Assembly: GCF_006345805.1 (NCBI RefSeq) | Contig: NC_043012.1 | Span: 22,940,001 to 23,004,000 of the forward strand | DNA from: Octopus sinensis | Taxonomy: Eukaryota | DNA: 64,000 nt | Direction of reading: 5' to 3' | Shown: positions 40,707 to 54,253 of the stretch, in pieces | Position numbering within the stretch: position 1 is the stretch's first letter | Layout: every line of letters begins with the position of its first letter | Notes under the pieces: model-generated | Databases searched by the model: none | Told to the model about the DNA's origin: nothing | Seen by the model: only the letters and a program-made list of their open reading frames with translations | Program-made: the position numbers and the translations under genes

Positions 40707-41556
40707 ATATATATATATGTATGTATGTATATATATATATATATATATTTATACACACACACTCACACACATATACACATATATGCATGCACACACATAC
40801 ACTTATGTACATACAGAGCTGTTATTTCCACTGATAGCATATATCAAAGCTGCAACAGATTAAGTTGAAAGCACCAAGTACCTGATGAGTGATGAAAAAT
40901 GGAATCAAAGTTATCAACCACATGACCAATCAAAGGTGACGTCCAAGAATTTTAAATATGCTAACTACCATTATATTATATTGAAATCACTGATAAGTGC
41001 CAGTGACTATTAGATTCTTAGAACTGAACCTATGTTTGGAGAGTTGCTGTAGTGCAAAACAACTGAACTGAAACTAGCACAGGAAAAAAAAATCAAAAAA
41101 ATAATTTTAAAAAAAGCAAAAAAAAATTAAATAAAAATAAATGTTAAAAACCAGTAATGATTAGACCTGATAGTGAGTATCTCTCCCTCCCCACCATACA
41201 CACACATATATGTGAACTCACCTACATAGAATCATCTGGGTTCTTCCAATGTTAGTAGCTCTGTTTAATGGTAGATAGTTGAGTACCACAACCAAAGTCA
41301 CCATGAATGTGTGTGTGGGTGCGAGTGTGTGTGTTACTACACAAGATGACCATTCCTCCACTCATGTTCACCATTCACAGCATTTCCCTCTGTCTCTATC
41401 TTAATCCATGAGCAACTCTCCTCTCACACTTCCATCAACTTACTTATCCACCTGAGGGATGCTGTGACACTGCCTGGCCTCTGTCTTTTCTCTTTTCCAA
41501 CAGGAGTAACTATGTTATCAACCAGATGACCAATCAAAGGTGATGTTAAGATATAG

Positions 41557-41963
41557 GGCGCAGGAGTGGCCGTGAGGGTGCAGGAGTGGCAGTGTGGTAA
41601 GTAGCTTGCTAACCAACCACATGGTTCCGGGTTCAGTCCCACTGCGTGGCACCTTGGGCAAGTGTCTTCTACTATAGCCTCGGGCCAACCAAAGCCTTGT
41701 GAGTGGATTTGGTAGACAGAAACTGAAAGAAGCCCGTCGTATATATGTATATATATATATGTGTGTGTGTGTGTGTTTGTCCCCCTAGCATTGCTTGACA
41801 ACCGATGCTGGTGTGTTTACGTCCCCATCACTTAGCGGTTCGGCAAAAGAGACCGATAGAATAAGTATTAGGCTTACAAAGAATAAGTCCTGGGGTCGAT
41901 TTGCTCGACTAAAGGCGGTGCTCCGGCATGGCCGCAGTCAAATGACTAAAACAAGTAAAAGAG
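41557..41963 (+). mobile_element. SINE family A, full length, duplicated head
   Basis: ggcgcaggagtggc...gggtgcaggagtggcagtgtggtaag through acaagtaaaagag. Confidence 0.9.
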
Positions 41964-42294
41964 AGAGTATGTACTTCACCTACAAAAAGACACTTGTTCC
42001 TGTTCCACTATCATACTTGATCCTCTCGTCACCTGACATAAAGTCATTTTTCTTCAATACCACTCCTCTATTCAGTTGAGGAGTTCTTGTCTTGTGGGTT
42101 ACTTGGTCACCTCACTATTACCAATGCCATGTAAAAAAGCATCCAGTACACTCTGTAAAGTGCTTCACATAAGATTGACAATAGCTGTACAGATCTTGCC
42201 AAAACAGATACGGAAGTTTGGTGCAATCGTCTGCTTTGCAAGCTTCTGTCAAGCCATTCAACCCATGAGAGCATGGAAAATGGAATACAAATGA

Positions 42295-42664
42295 CTAGCA
42301 CTATGACCCGGCAATGCCGGGTCAAAGTGCTAGTGCATGCATATATAGCTGCATGCATGCGCACATTCACGCGAGTACTGTCCAAATCTCTGACCAATCA
42401 CATACAGCTAGCTGGCATTCAATTGGCGTATCAAGTTTCGGGCATTTTGGTTGGGTTTTGGATAAAAAATTCACAAAAATGTCACTTCTACTGATTTTTT
42501 AATGGCTTTGCAAGGTGACTGGGAAAATGTAAAGATGTGCACGACCACCCTTGGACAGTTTTGAATGACCATAGAAAGTTCGAGCCCTCTAACTGAAAAA
42601 TTGTGGATTTGTATAAAGGATATACACACACACACACACATTTTGCCGTTTATATATATAGAGA
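42295..42664 (-). mobile_element. Non-autonomous Helitron inserted in a SINE (ATG)n tail
   Basis: Minus strand starts A|TCTCTATATATATAAACGGC and ends in a hairpin plus CTAG|T. Removing it rejoins caaatga|tgatgatgatg. Confidence 0.85.
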
Positions 42665-45049
42665 TGATGATGATGATGATGCATGTATTTAGCATGAAAG
42701 TCTGCTTAAAAAGTATGCTTTACAATCACAATACTTAGTTCCAGTGTGCGTTGCATGTGAGGTAAGTATTATTTTTTTTTTACTAAATCCTTGTCTCAAC
42801 CCAAGCCTTATGAACAAAACTGGTTTGATGTAAACTATCTGGAAAACGATTGAATTGGATTGCATCAGAAATTCAAATGTTTGGCCTTTGTCACACAACA
42901 AATCACATTGATTTTCTCTTGGAATTCCATTCGGAGCAGATATGTCAGTGAATAGGTGGCCATTTTGCACATGAATTCAATGAATGTGTAATTCAATCAT
43001 CCAAAGAACTCAATACCTATTGCTGAAATTAATGGGGATTCATTACAAGAAGTCTTTCAAAGATTAGAGGATTAAATATGGATCACTCTATTAATTCTAG
43101 TTTCTAAATCATCAATCAATATGAAGATTTCAGATCTATGGAACATAACCTTATTTGATTTATTGTAGACTGCTTGATAACCAATGTTGTTTTGTTTATG
43201 TCCTTGTGACTTAGGAGTTCAGAAATGAGACTGATAAAATAAGTGCAGGGGTTGACTTGTTTGACCATACTCTTTCAGGAAGTGACCTACAATAGCTGCA
43301 GTGCAATGGCTGACACAAGAAAAGAACAAAAAAAAAAAAGAAAAATGATAAAATACTGAACTAAATCACGAAACTTTTACATTTATTCCCTTAATTTGTA
43401 ACTGGAAAATAAGTAGAAGCAATTCAAAAGTTTGTTTGCAATCTTTGTAACTTAGTGGTTTGACAAAGAAATTGACAGAATTAGTAACAGACTTAACAAA
43501 ATAAGTACTGAGGCTGATTTGTTTGACTTAAACCCTTTAAAGTTGTGCCCCAGTATGGCCAAGGTTCAGTGACCGAAACAAATAAAAAGGTAAAAAGAAA
43601 GATATATAAAAGAATACATCAATCAAGACCAGCAGAGTTTTGGGTCTTTTGAAAATCCCTAATGGAATGACGAACATGCTCTGTAAGTTATGGGCTGCCC
43701 TTTGGCAAGGCACAGCACCCATTCAGCCATCTTGCTAAGAATACGGTGAAGCCAGGGGACTGAAGCATGGCAGATTGTGAAGAGGCAGTGGAAGAGTTCA
43801 ACTGAGCCAGCAGTGCTTCTTACATTGATATTGAGTGGAGGAATCTTAGAAGATCAATGGTGAGGATTCCCAAACTCTATCAACTGCAAAGCATCCAAGA
43901 TTGTGAATCGGCAAATGAAAGATTCATTCTGACTCAAACTCCTAATTCAGAATTCATAACAGAATTGGATGGTGACAGGAGGTCATTAGGATCTGAGCAC
44001 ATTTCAATCAGATGTATATCTACTGAGTAAGATAAACACATAGCAAGCCTTGTTGGGAACTCAGTTTTAAACTGAGTCATAACAGTAACCAAAATGATGC
44101 CAAACTATTCCTTATTTCTCTCTTATAGACCTAAAACATAGCATTTCTGCTGAGGAATCAAGGCCTCAGTGAATTAATGAACTGATGATAAAACACTGAT
44201 TTTGTATATATAATATAAGCAGGAAATTGTAATGTAATTGAGAAAATAAATTGCAAAAATATGGTGCTCACGCCTGTCCAAAGACTTACCATTTAAGAAG
44301 GAAGTATTCGTATCAGTTAAGAATCAAAAACCAGAATATGGATTCCATTTAGATATAATTTATGACAGCAATATTATCCAAACACATAAATATATGTTTT
44401 CTTCTTAATTAGGCATGAAACATTTGGAAAAGCAATTAGAGTTGAATTCCTTTCTACAAGACAATGAATTATCTGCGACTGAATGCTGGCTCACAAACCA
44501 TAAGCCAGAAGACTTATAGAGCTTATCTACTCAGCCTTTGCACCATATACAAATAAATATAATATTAACAAACACTCAGTACTAGAATAGATAGATGGAG
44601 TGTGTGTGTGCGTGCGTGTGTGTGTGCGTGCGTGTGTGTGTGTGTGGAGGGGGGAGGTTGTGAATGCTATTAAGTGATGGAATTAATAATTGCCGAGAGA
44701 CATTGCAGCAAGCGATCTGGACTTGCCATGAAAATAGGTTATACATCTATGGTAAATCAGACCGTGTTCTGAGAGTGGTTTTATTTATTTATTCATTTGC
44801 TTTTTGCATATAAGTGGAAGAGGAATTTTAGGGGATATCATAACAGTTATCAAAAGTAAGAGGGTGTTTATGCTAATGGAAGTGAATTTGAATAATTAAT
44901 AATTAAATTAAGTGCAAATTACCCATGCTTTTCTGTGCGTTTATATTCCAGGAACTTGGTACATTCTTGTATGTTTCTATAAAATGATCTCCACATGTGT
45001 GTGTGTATATGTGCATTAATGTACATGCACATGTATATATATGTATGTG

Positions 45050-45082
45050 TGTGTATATATAAGCATGTGTTTGTGTGTGTGT

Positions 45083-45131
<49 letters not shown>

Positions 45132-45732
45132 TAGATAAATAGATAGATAGATATATACATACATATATACATATCTACATTATACATATACGTATGTGCA
45201 TTTAAGTACACACATACACATATCTGTTCATAACTCCACATAGACTTTATGAAATTTGTATCTGTCTCTATGTGTGTATATTGGCAATACTTTCGAATGG
45301 TTTCTGTGCAAATTGGTAAACTTAAAAACATCAACTTACTACTCTACTCATATGATCAGAAATGTATAGACACATCAACGTTGATACTGATATGAAGAGA
45401 GAGAGAGAAGAGTCATCGAGGAAGCAGCTACGAGATGGGAAATAGGCAAGTTGGGAGAAAGATATATACATACATGCATATATACACTCACATATATATG
45501 TACATAAAAATATATATGTCTGTACACACATATATATATATATACATATATATATATGTGTGTGTGTACAGACATATATTTTTATGTACACATATGTATA
45601 TATATATATTTATACATATGTATATACATATTTATACATATGTGTATGTATGTATGTATATATTAGTATGTATGTATGTGTATATATATATATATGTATG
45701 TATGTATGTGCATATATATATATGTATGTATG

Positions 45733-45787
<55 letters not shown>

Positions 45788-46306
45788 CACACACACGTAT
45801 ATATATATGGTGTGAAAGAGAGAGAGAGATAAATACATATGATTATTAGTTTATGTTAGTTTTAATCTTATCGCGCCAATCCACTCCGACAATTGCTCTG
45901 ATGCAATAAGAACGTAAAACAGCCATCTATATTTTTATGACTGCAATAACAACCACAACTACAGCAACAAATTTTGATGAATATTCTATTATTTTTGCCC
46001 TATTCCATAACTGAAGCTATACAGCAGTTACTAATGATATCAAGCAGAATGTGTGTTTACAAAGATAAAGATAGCTACAACATCAGCTTCCTAGAAGGAG
46101 GGTGAGGCGTGGAAGGTGGTGTTTAACAATTTACTTTTTTTTTTTTTCATAATAATAAATCTGTAGCACTGTAAGTATATTTACAACTACATTTTTCTAA
46201 TTTCTATTTCTCTTGGATTACTTCATGTATTGCTTGATACAAGCAGCATTCTTTAAGGGCTTATTATATGTGTGTGTGTGTGTCTCACTCTCTCTCTCTC
46301 TCTCTC

Positions 46307-46347
<41 letters not shown>

Positions 46348-46557
46348 ATATAGATATCATAAAATATAAATATGCAAAATACATATATATATCTTAATAT
46401 ATTGTGTATTTTATATGTATATTTTTATATATATATATATATATATATTAATATATATGTATATTTTATATTTATATATATTATATATATATATATGTAT
46501 ATTCTATATTTATATATATATGTATATTCTATATTTATATATATATATATGTATATG

Positions 46558-46600
<43 letters not shown>

Positions 46601-46920
46601 AAAATATATATAAACATATAAAATAAATATATAGATATACATAATATATATATATATATAGATATTATATTATTATATATATATTGTCTGTAAGTATATG
46701 CAAGAGCATATGTGTGTGTGTGTGTATGAATATATATATATATGTACAGTGCATATGTGTATCTGTATGCATATGTGTATATGAACATATACATAGGTTA
46801 CATATGTGTGTGTGTATATATAGACATGATGATGATACATACATGTGTGCATACACACACATTTATAGGTATATTATCATAAGAGATTTACATGCATGTG
46901 CACATACACACACATATAGA
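45050..46920. repeat. Cluster of (TA)n/(TATG)n microsatellites
   Basis: Direct reading. Confidence 0.85.
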
Positions 46921-48334
46921 TAGATATAACTTGTACATGTGTATTTATATGCTTGGTGGCCATTATATGTGTTTTTAATGAAATGCATGAAATATTCAAA
47001 GCTAGAGAAACTTGAAAGATCATGGCAGACGAAAGAAGAACATAAAAAACAAACAAACAACAAAAAAACCTGTCAAAATCTCTTTTTAATTTGAAAAGAT
47101 TTTACTAGGAAGAGGGGGGTGTAAATTCTTTTGTTATTTCATAGTTTTCTTTCTTTATTTGTGTTTTTTTTTTTTCCCTTATTTTGTATATTTTTCCAGA
47201 TGTAGATTTCTAGATGTGAGCAGTGTTGATCACCAACCAGTGGAACAATCATTGAACAATCAATTTGGTAACAAAAAAAAATAAATAAAAAAGTCGGAGA
47301 AGGTGGAAGGTGTGAGGAAAAATTTTAAGAAACCAAGATCTTTAACAAAGAAATAAATAACTTGATTGAAGCGTAGATTTTTCTGAGGGCAAGAATTATC
47401 ATTTGATAACGGGAAATTGCAATTTACAACATATTTTTTATTATTTTACCATTTTTATTTTCATTCCTTTATGTGTATGTGTGTATATGCATATATATAT
47501 ATGTGAAAGAGATTAAAAAGGAAGTGGCTATTTATTATTTGTGTGTATGTACATATACATATATATATATATATACACACATACATGTGTGTGTAGGGAC
47601 ATCTTTAAATTCAGTTGAGTGAATTCGGAATCATATTCTTTCCCCACTTTAAATTGAACTCAGCTATAAGAATACTTAATCTTTTTCTAGGAGATTGTCC
47701 CAATCTTTTTTGACAAGAATCATGGAATATAAAGATTAGAAGAATTAGAGGTAGAGGGGACATTCCTTAGATATATTTCAAAGACATTTTTTACTTCTTT
47801 TAATTTTTCTCTTTTCTTTTTAATCTTAACTTTTTTTTTTTTTATTATTTTTCAGAATAAAAATCTGCTGGAAAAAGTTAGATTATAGGCTAAAATTTTG
47901 AAAACTGAGAAATTCATCAAATATAGTGAGTCTAATCAATCAAATTCTACTTTACAAATATAAAAATAGAGTATTATGTTAGCAGCAGAGAAGTTTTGGC
48001 AAAGAAGCTGTGCTATTATCAGAGCCCAGGGGAGAGAGTGAGATGAAGCTCTGATGTGGTTAGCTTTCTGCAGTAGAAATGTATTAGAGCTGACACGCAC
48101 ACGCACACACACAACATACAAAATACATAATATATATATATATACACACAAACATATAAACATACATAGCTCCAATAACAGACAGAGTCAACGACTACTG
48201 AAGAGGCTGCAAGAAGCACCAGAAATTTTAGAAAAAATAACTAAGTAAATGAGTGGAAATCAGACCAGTGAGTGTGTTAATTAATACGGCATTAAAAAAG
48301 AATGACTCTCTCCAGACACAATAATATACATATT

Positions 48335-48366
<32 letters not shown>

Positions 48367-48376
48367 TCTTTTTATT

Positions 48377-48767
48377 CTTTTACTTGTTTCAGTCATTTGA
48401 CTGTGGCCATGCTGGAGCACCACCTTGAAGGGTTTTAATCAATCAAATCAACCCCAGGACTTATTTCTTAAGCCTAGTACTTATTCTGTTGGGCTCTTTT
48501 GCCTAACTACTAAGTTACAGGGACATAAACATACCAACACTGGTTGTCAAACAGTGATGGGGGACAAAGACAGACACAAAGATGCACACACAGAGATATA
48601 TACATATATATAAAACAGGCTTCTTTCAGTTTCCATCAACCAAATCCACTCACAAGGCTTTGGTTGGCCTGAGGCTATAGTAGAAGACACTTGCTCAAGG
48701 TGCCATGCAGTGGGACTGAACTTGAAACAATGTGGTTAGGAAGCAAGCTTCTTACGACACAGCCACT
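48377..48767 (-). mobile_element. SINE family A, diverged
   Basis: Tail and head motifs present. Confidence 0.85.
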
Positions 48768-48779
48768 AATATATATATG

Positions 48780-49082
48780 GTGGCATATAAAAAGCACCAT
48801 CCTAACGTGGCCGGTGCCAGTGCCGCTTTGACTGGCTTCCATGCCAGTGGCATGTAAAAAGCACCATCTGATCGTGGCCATTCACAGCCTCCCTTGGCAT
48901 CTGTGCTGGTGGCACGTAAAAAGCACCCACTCACGGAGTGGTTGGCATTAGGAAGGGCATCCAGCTGTAGAAACACAGCCAGATCAGACTGGAGCCTGAC
49001 CCTGGCTTCCCAGACCACGGTCGAACCATCCAACTCATGTTAGCATGGAAAACGGACGTTAAACAATGATGATGATGATGAT
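48780..49082 (+). mobile_element. SINE/non-autonomous element family C with (ATG)n tail
   Basis: Repeated ggcacgtaaaaagcacc modules, then ggttggcattaggaagggcatccagctgtagaaa...ggacgttaaacaatgatgatg. Confidence 0.85.
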
Positions 49083-49583
49083 ATATATATATATACACAC
49101 ACACATATATATATATCCATCATCTGTTATTTCTTCTTTGCTAATAACACACCAAAGGGATTCACAACCTGTCGGACTTCCTAGTATATACCAAACACTC
49201 TGTAATCCATACAACATGCGTGTTGGACCATTCCCTAGTCGTTAGATACTCGTAGCAGTGGATTTTCTCTGCCTACACAACCTAAACATCTCTTTGGATT
49301 ATTTCAGCACCCAGTATATTCCTTTCCTTTCTATTCTCGGCACAAGGCCCAAAACTTTTGGGGGAGGGGGTGGCAGTCGATTAGATTGACTCCAGTATGC
49401 AACTGGTACTTTATTTATTGAACCCGAAAAAAGGCAAAGTCCACCTCAACACCCAGTATATCAATCCGACTAAAGGTGGTGCTTGCAGCTAAAATCAACC
49501 CAACATGGTGTATACTATTGAAGTACCTGATTCTCTCCAGAATCCTTTATATTGTTATATATATAATATATATATGTATATAT

Positions 49584-49784
49584 ACTCTTTTACTTGTTTC
49601 AGTCATTTGACTGCAGCCATGCTGGAGCACCGCCTTTAGTCGAGCAAATTGACCCCAGGACTTATTCTTTGTAAGCCCAGTACTTATACTATCAGTCCTC
49701 TTTGCCGAACCGCTAAGTGACGGGGACGAAACAACACCAGCATCGGTTGTCAAGCAATGCTAGGGGTACAAACCAGACACACAA

Positions 49785-49815
<31 letters not shown>

Positions 49816-49986
49816 CATATATACGACGGGCTTCTTTCAGTTTCTGTCTACCAAATCCACTCACAAGGCATTGGTCGGCCCGGGGCTATAGCAGAAGACA
49901 CTTGCCCAAGATGCCACACAGTGGGACTGAACCTGGAACCATGTGGTTGTTTAGCAAGCTACTTACCACACAGCCACTCCTGCGCC
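49584..49986 (-). mobile_element. SINE family A, full length
   Basis: Same head and tail motifs on the minus strand. Confidence 0.9.
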
Positions 49987-49996
49987 TATATATATA

Positions 49997-50345
49997 TATC
50001 ATCATCATCATCGTTTAACGTCCACTTTCCATGCCAGCATGGGTTAGAAGATTTTGACTGAAGTCTGGCGAACCAGATGGCTGCACCAGGCTCCAATCTT
50101 GATTTGGCAGAGTTTCTACAGCTGGATGCCCTTCCTAACGCCAATCACTCCGAGAGTATAGTGGGTGCTTTTTACGTGCCACTGGCATGGGGGCCAGTCA
50201 GGCGGCACTGGCAATGACCTCGCTCGAATCTTTTTACATATACCACCAGCACAGGTGCCAGTAAGGCGACATCAGTAACGATTACGCTCAAATGGTGCCC
50301 TTTTATGTGCCCCCGGTTGGCTGCTCTGGCAACGATCACGCTTGG
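49997..50345 (-). mobile_element. Family C element
   Basis: catcatcatcgtttaacgtcc...ctggatgcccttcctaacgccaa...gtgctttttacgtgcc. Confidence 0.85.
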
Positions 50346-50391
50346 ATATATATATATACACACACACATACACACAATATATGTATACATT

Positions 50392-50778
50392 ATCTTTTAC
50401 TTGTTTCAGTCATTAGACTGTAGCCATGCTGGAGCATCGTCTTGAAGAAATTTAGTTAGATGAATAAACCCCAATACTATTCTTTTTAAGCCTGGCACTT
50501 ATTCCATTGGCCCTGTTTGCAAAACCACTAAGTTACGGGGATGTAAACACACCAACACCAGTTGTCAAGCGAAGGTGGGGGCCAAACACAGATACAAAAA
50601 CACACACACATGTGATGGCCATCTTCTAGTTTCTTTCTCCCAAATCTACTCATGAGGCTTTGGTCAACCAGAGGTTATTGTAGAAGAGCCTAGCCCAAGG
50701 TGGCATGTAGTGAGACTGAACCTGGAACCATGCAATTGAGAAGCAAACTTTTTACCACACAGCCATATGCTTGCACCT
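50392..50778 (-). mobile_element. SINE family A, diverged
   Basis: Tail and head motifs present. Confidence 0.8.
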
Positions 50779-50917
50779 ACACACATATATTTATATAGAC
50801 AGGTAATAAAACATTTCTGTGTATATTTTAAAGCTAGGTCAAGAAATGCCAACATAAAGCTTGAACAGGCAGCAGTTGGTCAAATAATTTATATCTATAC
50901 AGGTGTAGGCTGTGTAG

Positions 50918-53075
50918 TTTATGTTTTTATGAGTTTTGGTTTATCATGGTTTTTTTAGGGAATTCGTGGTAATTTGTCTATTTTCGTTGTTGGTTGTTTT
51001 ATTACATTGTTTCATTCATAATTTTTGAGTGGTGTTCGTTTTGCCACGTGAATAACCGGGTGGTGGACTAGCGTTGCTTGGAATTGTGAATGGAATAGTG
51101 TAGTAGTGAGGTAGGCATAGAGAATGGGTTTGGGTTACTGCAAGTTGTTTGTTAGAGCTGCTAAGGTGAGCTAAAGCTCATAGATGTATATAATGATTTT
51201 TCATGGTAGTTTTTTAAAGAATCCATTCATAATAAATTTTTTTAAGTAGTGTTGGTTTGCCACGTGGATATAGTTTTTAGTTCCATTTATTCTATTTCTC
51301 CATTCATAATTTAAATGACGTTTAATTTCCATGGCGCGTATTCTTTTTTTACATAAGTTATTTCTATGGTAACGTAATTTGGGTTTGATTTTTTAACGGC
51401 TAAGAATTTAATTTCACTTCATAATTTGACACTGAATTGTAAGTATGTATTTTATTTATCCTTATGTATTGTTATTTTTGATATTCTGGTTAATTACGAT
51501 GTATTTAATGTTGTTTTCATAGGATGTTTATTGTATATGAGATTGTGTGCGAGTTTTTAGTTGTATAATTTATTTATCTGTATGAGTGTGGGTGTGTAAA
51601 TATTGTTGTATATATCGAGTTTAGTGAGTATGTATATGCGTATATGTGAGGGAGTATATGTATCTGTTGTGTGTGTGTGTTTTGCGTGTGTGTGTGTTTG
51701 TGTGTGAATGTGTATATGGGTTTGTTATTTAGGTTTTGGGATGTATGTGTTAATTTGTCTGTGTGGGAGGGAGTGGGTTTTGGTGTATATTGAGGTTTAT
51801 AAGTTAGTATAGGTATGTGTATAAGTCGTGGGTCTGTGGTTACGTGTGTGTTTTGTGTGTGAATGTTTAGTTAGGGAGGGAGATTGCTATATAGGTTTGT
51901 TATAGAGTTTAGCAAAGGGAGATTTTATCGTTATATGTTTTTATGAGTTTTGGTTATCATGGTTTTTTTAGGGAATTCGTGGTAATTTGTCTATTTTCGA
52001 TGTTGGTTGTTTTATTACATTGTTTCATTCATAATTTTTGAGTGGTGTTCGTTTTGCCACGTGAATAACCGGGTGGTGGACTAGCGTTGTTGGAATTTGA
52101 ATGGAATAGTGTAGTATTGAGGTAGGCATAGAAAATGGGTTTGGGTTACTGCAAGTTGTTTGTAGAGCTGCTAAGGTGAGCTAAAGCTCATAGATGTATA
52201 TAATGATTTTTCATGGTGTTTTTAAAGAATCCATTCATAATAAAAATTTTTTAAGTAGTGTTGGTTTGCCACGTGGATATAGTTTTTAGTTCCATTTATT
52301 CTATTTCCCTTCATAATTTAAATGACGTTACTCCATGGCGCGATTCTTTTTTTACATAAGTTATTTCTATGGTAACGTAATTTTGGTTTGATTTTTTTAA
52401 CGGCTAAGAATTTAATTTCACTTCATAATTTGACACTGAATTGTAAGTATGTATTTTATTTATCCTTATGTCATATTGTTATTTTTGATATTCTGGTTAA
52501 TTACGATGTATTTAATGTTGTTTTCATAGGAGTGTTTATGTATATGAGATTGTGTGCGAGTTTTTAGTTGTATAATTTATTTATCTGTATGAGTGTGGGT
52601 GTGTAAATATTGTTGTATATATCGAGTTTAGTGAGTATGTATATGCGTATATGTGAGGGAGTATATGTATCTGTTGTGTGTGTGTGTTTTGCGTGTGTGT
52701 GTGTTTGTGTGTGAATGTGTATATGGTTTGTTATTTAGGTTTTGGGATGTATGTGTTAATTTGTCTGTGTGGGAGGGAGTGGGTTTTGGTGTATATGAGG
52801 TTTATAAGTTAGTATAGGTATGTGTATAAGTCGTGGGTCTGTGGTTTACGTGTGTGTATTGTGTGTGAATGTTTAGGTTAGGGGGATTACTTTATAGGTT
52901 TGTTATAGAGTTTAGCAAAGGGAGATTTTATCGTTATATGTTTTTAAGAGTTTTGGTTTATCATGGTTTTTTTAGGGAATTCGTAGTAATTTGTCTATTT
53001 TCGATGTTGGTTGTTTTATTACATTGTTTCATTCATAATTTTTGAGTGGTGTTCGTTTTGCCACGTGAATATTAT
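50918..53075. repeat. Tandem array, ~1.0-kb unit, 2 full copies plus a partial third; diverged copies continue to ~53830
   Basis: The anchor atgttttta(t/a)gagttttgg occurs at 50921, 51935 and 52938 (periods 1014 and 1003) and again, diverged, at ~53633. Confidence 0.9.
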
Positions 53076-54253
53076 TTTAATTCCATTTATTCCATTTCTC
53101 CATTCATTAATTTAGAGATGTTCGTTTCCAGAGCGGTTATACTTTTTATACATATGTTAAGTTCCTTGGTAAAGTAATTTTGTTTGGTGTATATGTTGAG
53201 GCTTATATGTACTTGTGGGTGTGTGTGAGTGGGGTGGGTGTTTGTATTTGTTATGGTGTGTGGTTTACGTGTGTTTTTGTGTGTGAATGTATAGGTTAAA
53301 GGAATTGCTATATAAGTATGTTATAGTGTTTAGTAAAGGGAGGTTTTATCATTTCTGTTTTGTGAGTTTTAGCTTATCATGGTAGTTTTATAAAAGAATC
53401 CATTCATAATTTTTGTGTTTATTTGTCTGTGTGGGGTTGAGTGGGTTTTTGGAGTATATGTTGAGGTTTATATGTATGTATTGGTATGTGTAAGTGGTGT
53501 GGGTACTTGTATATGTCGTGGGTGTGTGGTTTACGTGTGTGTATTTGTGTGTGAATGTTCAGGTTAGGGGGATTGCTATATAGGTTTGTTATAGAGTTTA
53601 GTAAAGGGAGATTTTATCATTATATGTTTTTATGAGTTTTGGTTTATCATGGTAGGTTTGTAGGGAATTCGTAGTAATTTGTGTCTATTTGCGATGTCTG
53701 TTGTTTTATTGCATTGTTTCATTCATAATTTTTAAGTAGTGTTCGTTTTTACCAAGTGAATATAATTTTTAATTCCATTTATTCCATTTCTCCGTTCATA
53801 GTTTTGAGTGATGTCCGTTTTCTAGAGCGTGAATGTGGGTTGTATGTGTGTGTGTGGGAGTATGATAAGTATTGTGTTGAAGTATTTAGCTATTTTATTT
53901 ATTTATAGTTGCCTAGACGTTTTATGTGTATGTATAGGGATATATAATAGTGTGTGATTTAGTGTATGTAGTTAGATATGGTTATATATAATTAGGTATA
54001 TGTGTATGGGTGTATATATAGTTTATTATTATATTATTATTATTTTTTTTGTTTTGTTTTATATTTTATATTTTATATTTTATATTTATTGTTGATAGGT
54101 TTTTTTAGTTTATATATTGTTTATATATTGATATATATGGATTTATATAGGTTATATATGGATTATATACTATATTATTTTTTCATTCATACTTTAATTA
54201 TTTTAAAATTATTATTTTTATATTTTAATATGATTTTTTTTTAGATTGGAAGT

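Noticed and set aside
44413-44518. Short ORF with ATECWL resembling a LINE endonuclease motif
   Set aside because: A single short motif with no other APE motifs nearby.
47200-47267. Possible + strand exon with a strong acceptor
   Set aside because: Weak donor (gtaaca), 68 nt, phase incompatible with the 56417 candidate, and no recognisable peptide.
50918-54240. NUMT or mitochondrial control region as the source of the G/T skew
   Set aside because: No mitochondrial tRNA, rRNA or cox/nad/cob motif recognised; the terminal hammerhead favours a retroelement.
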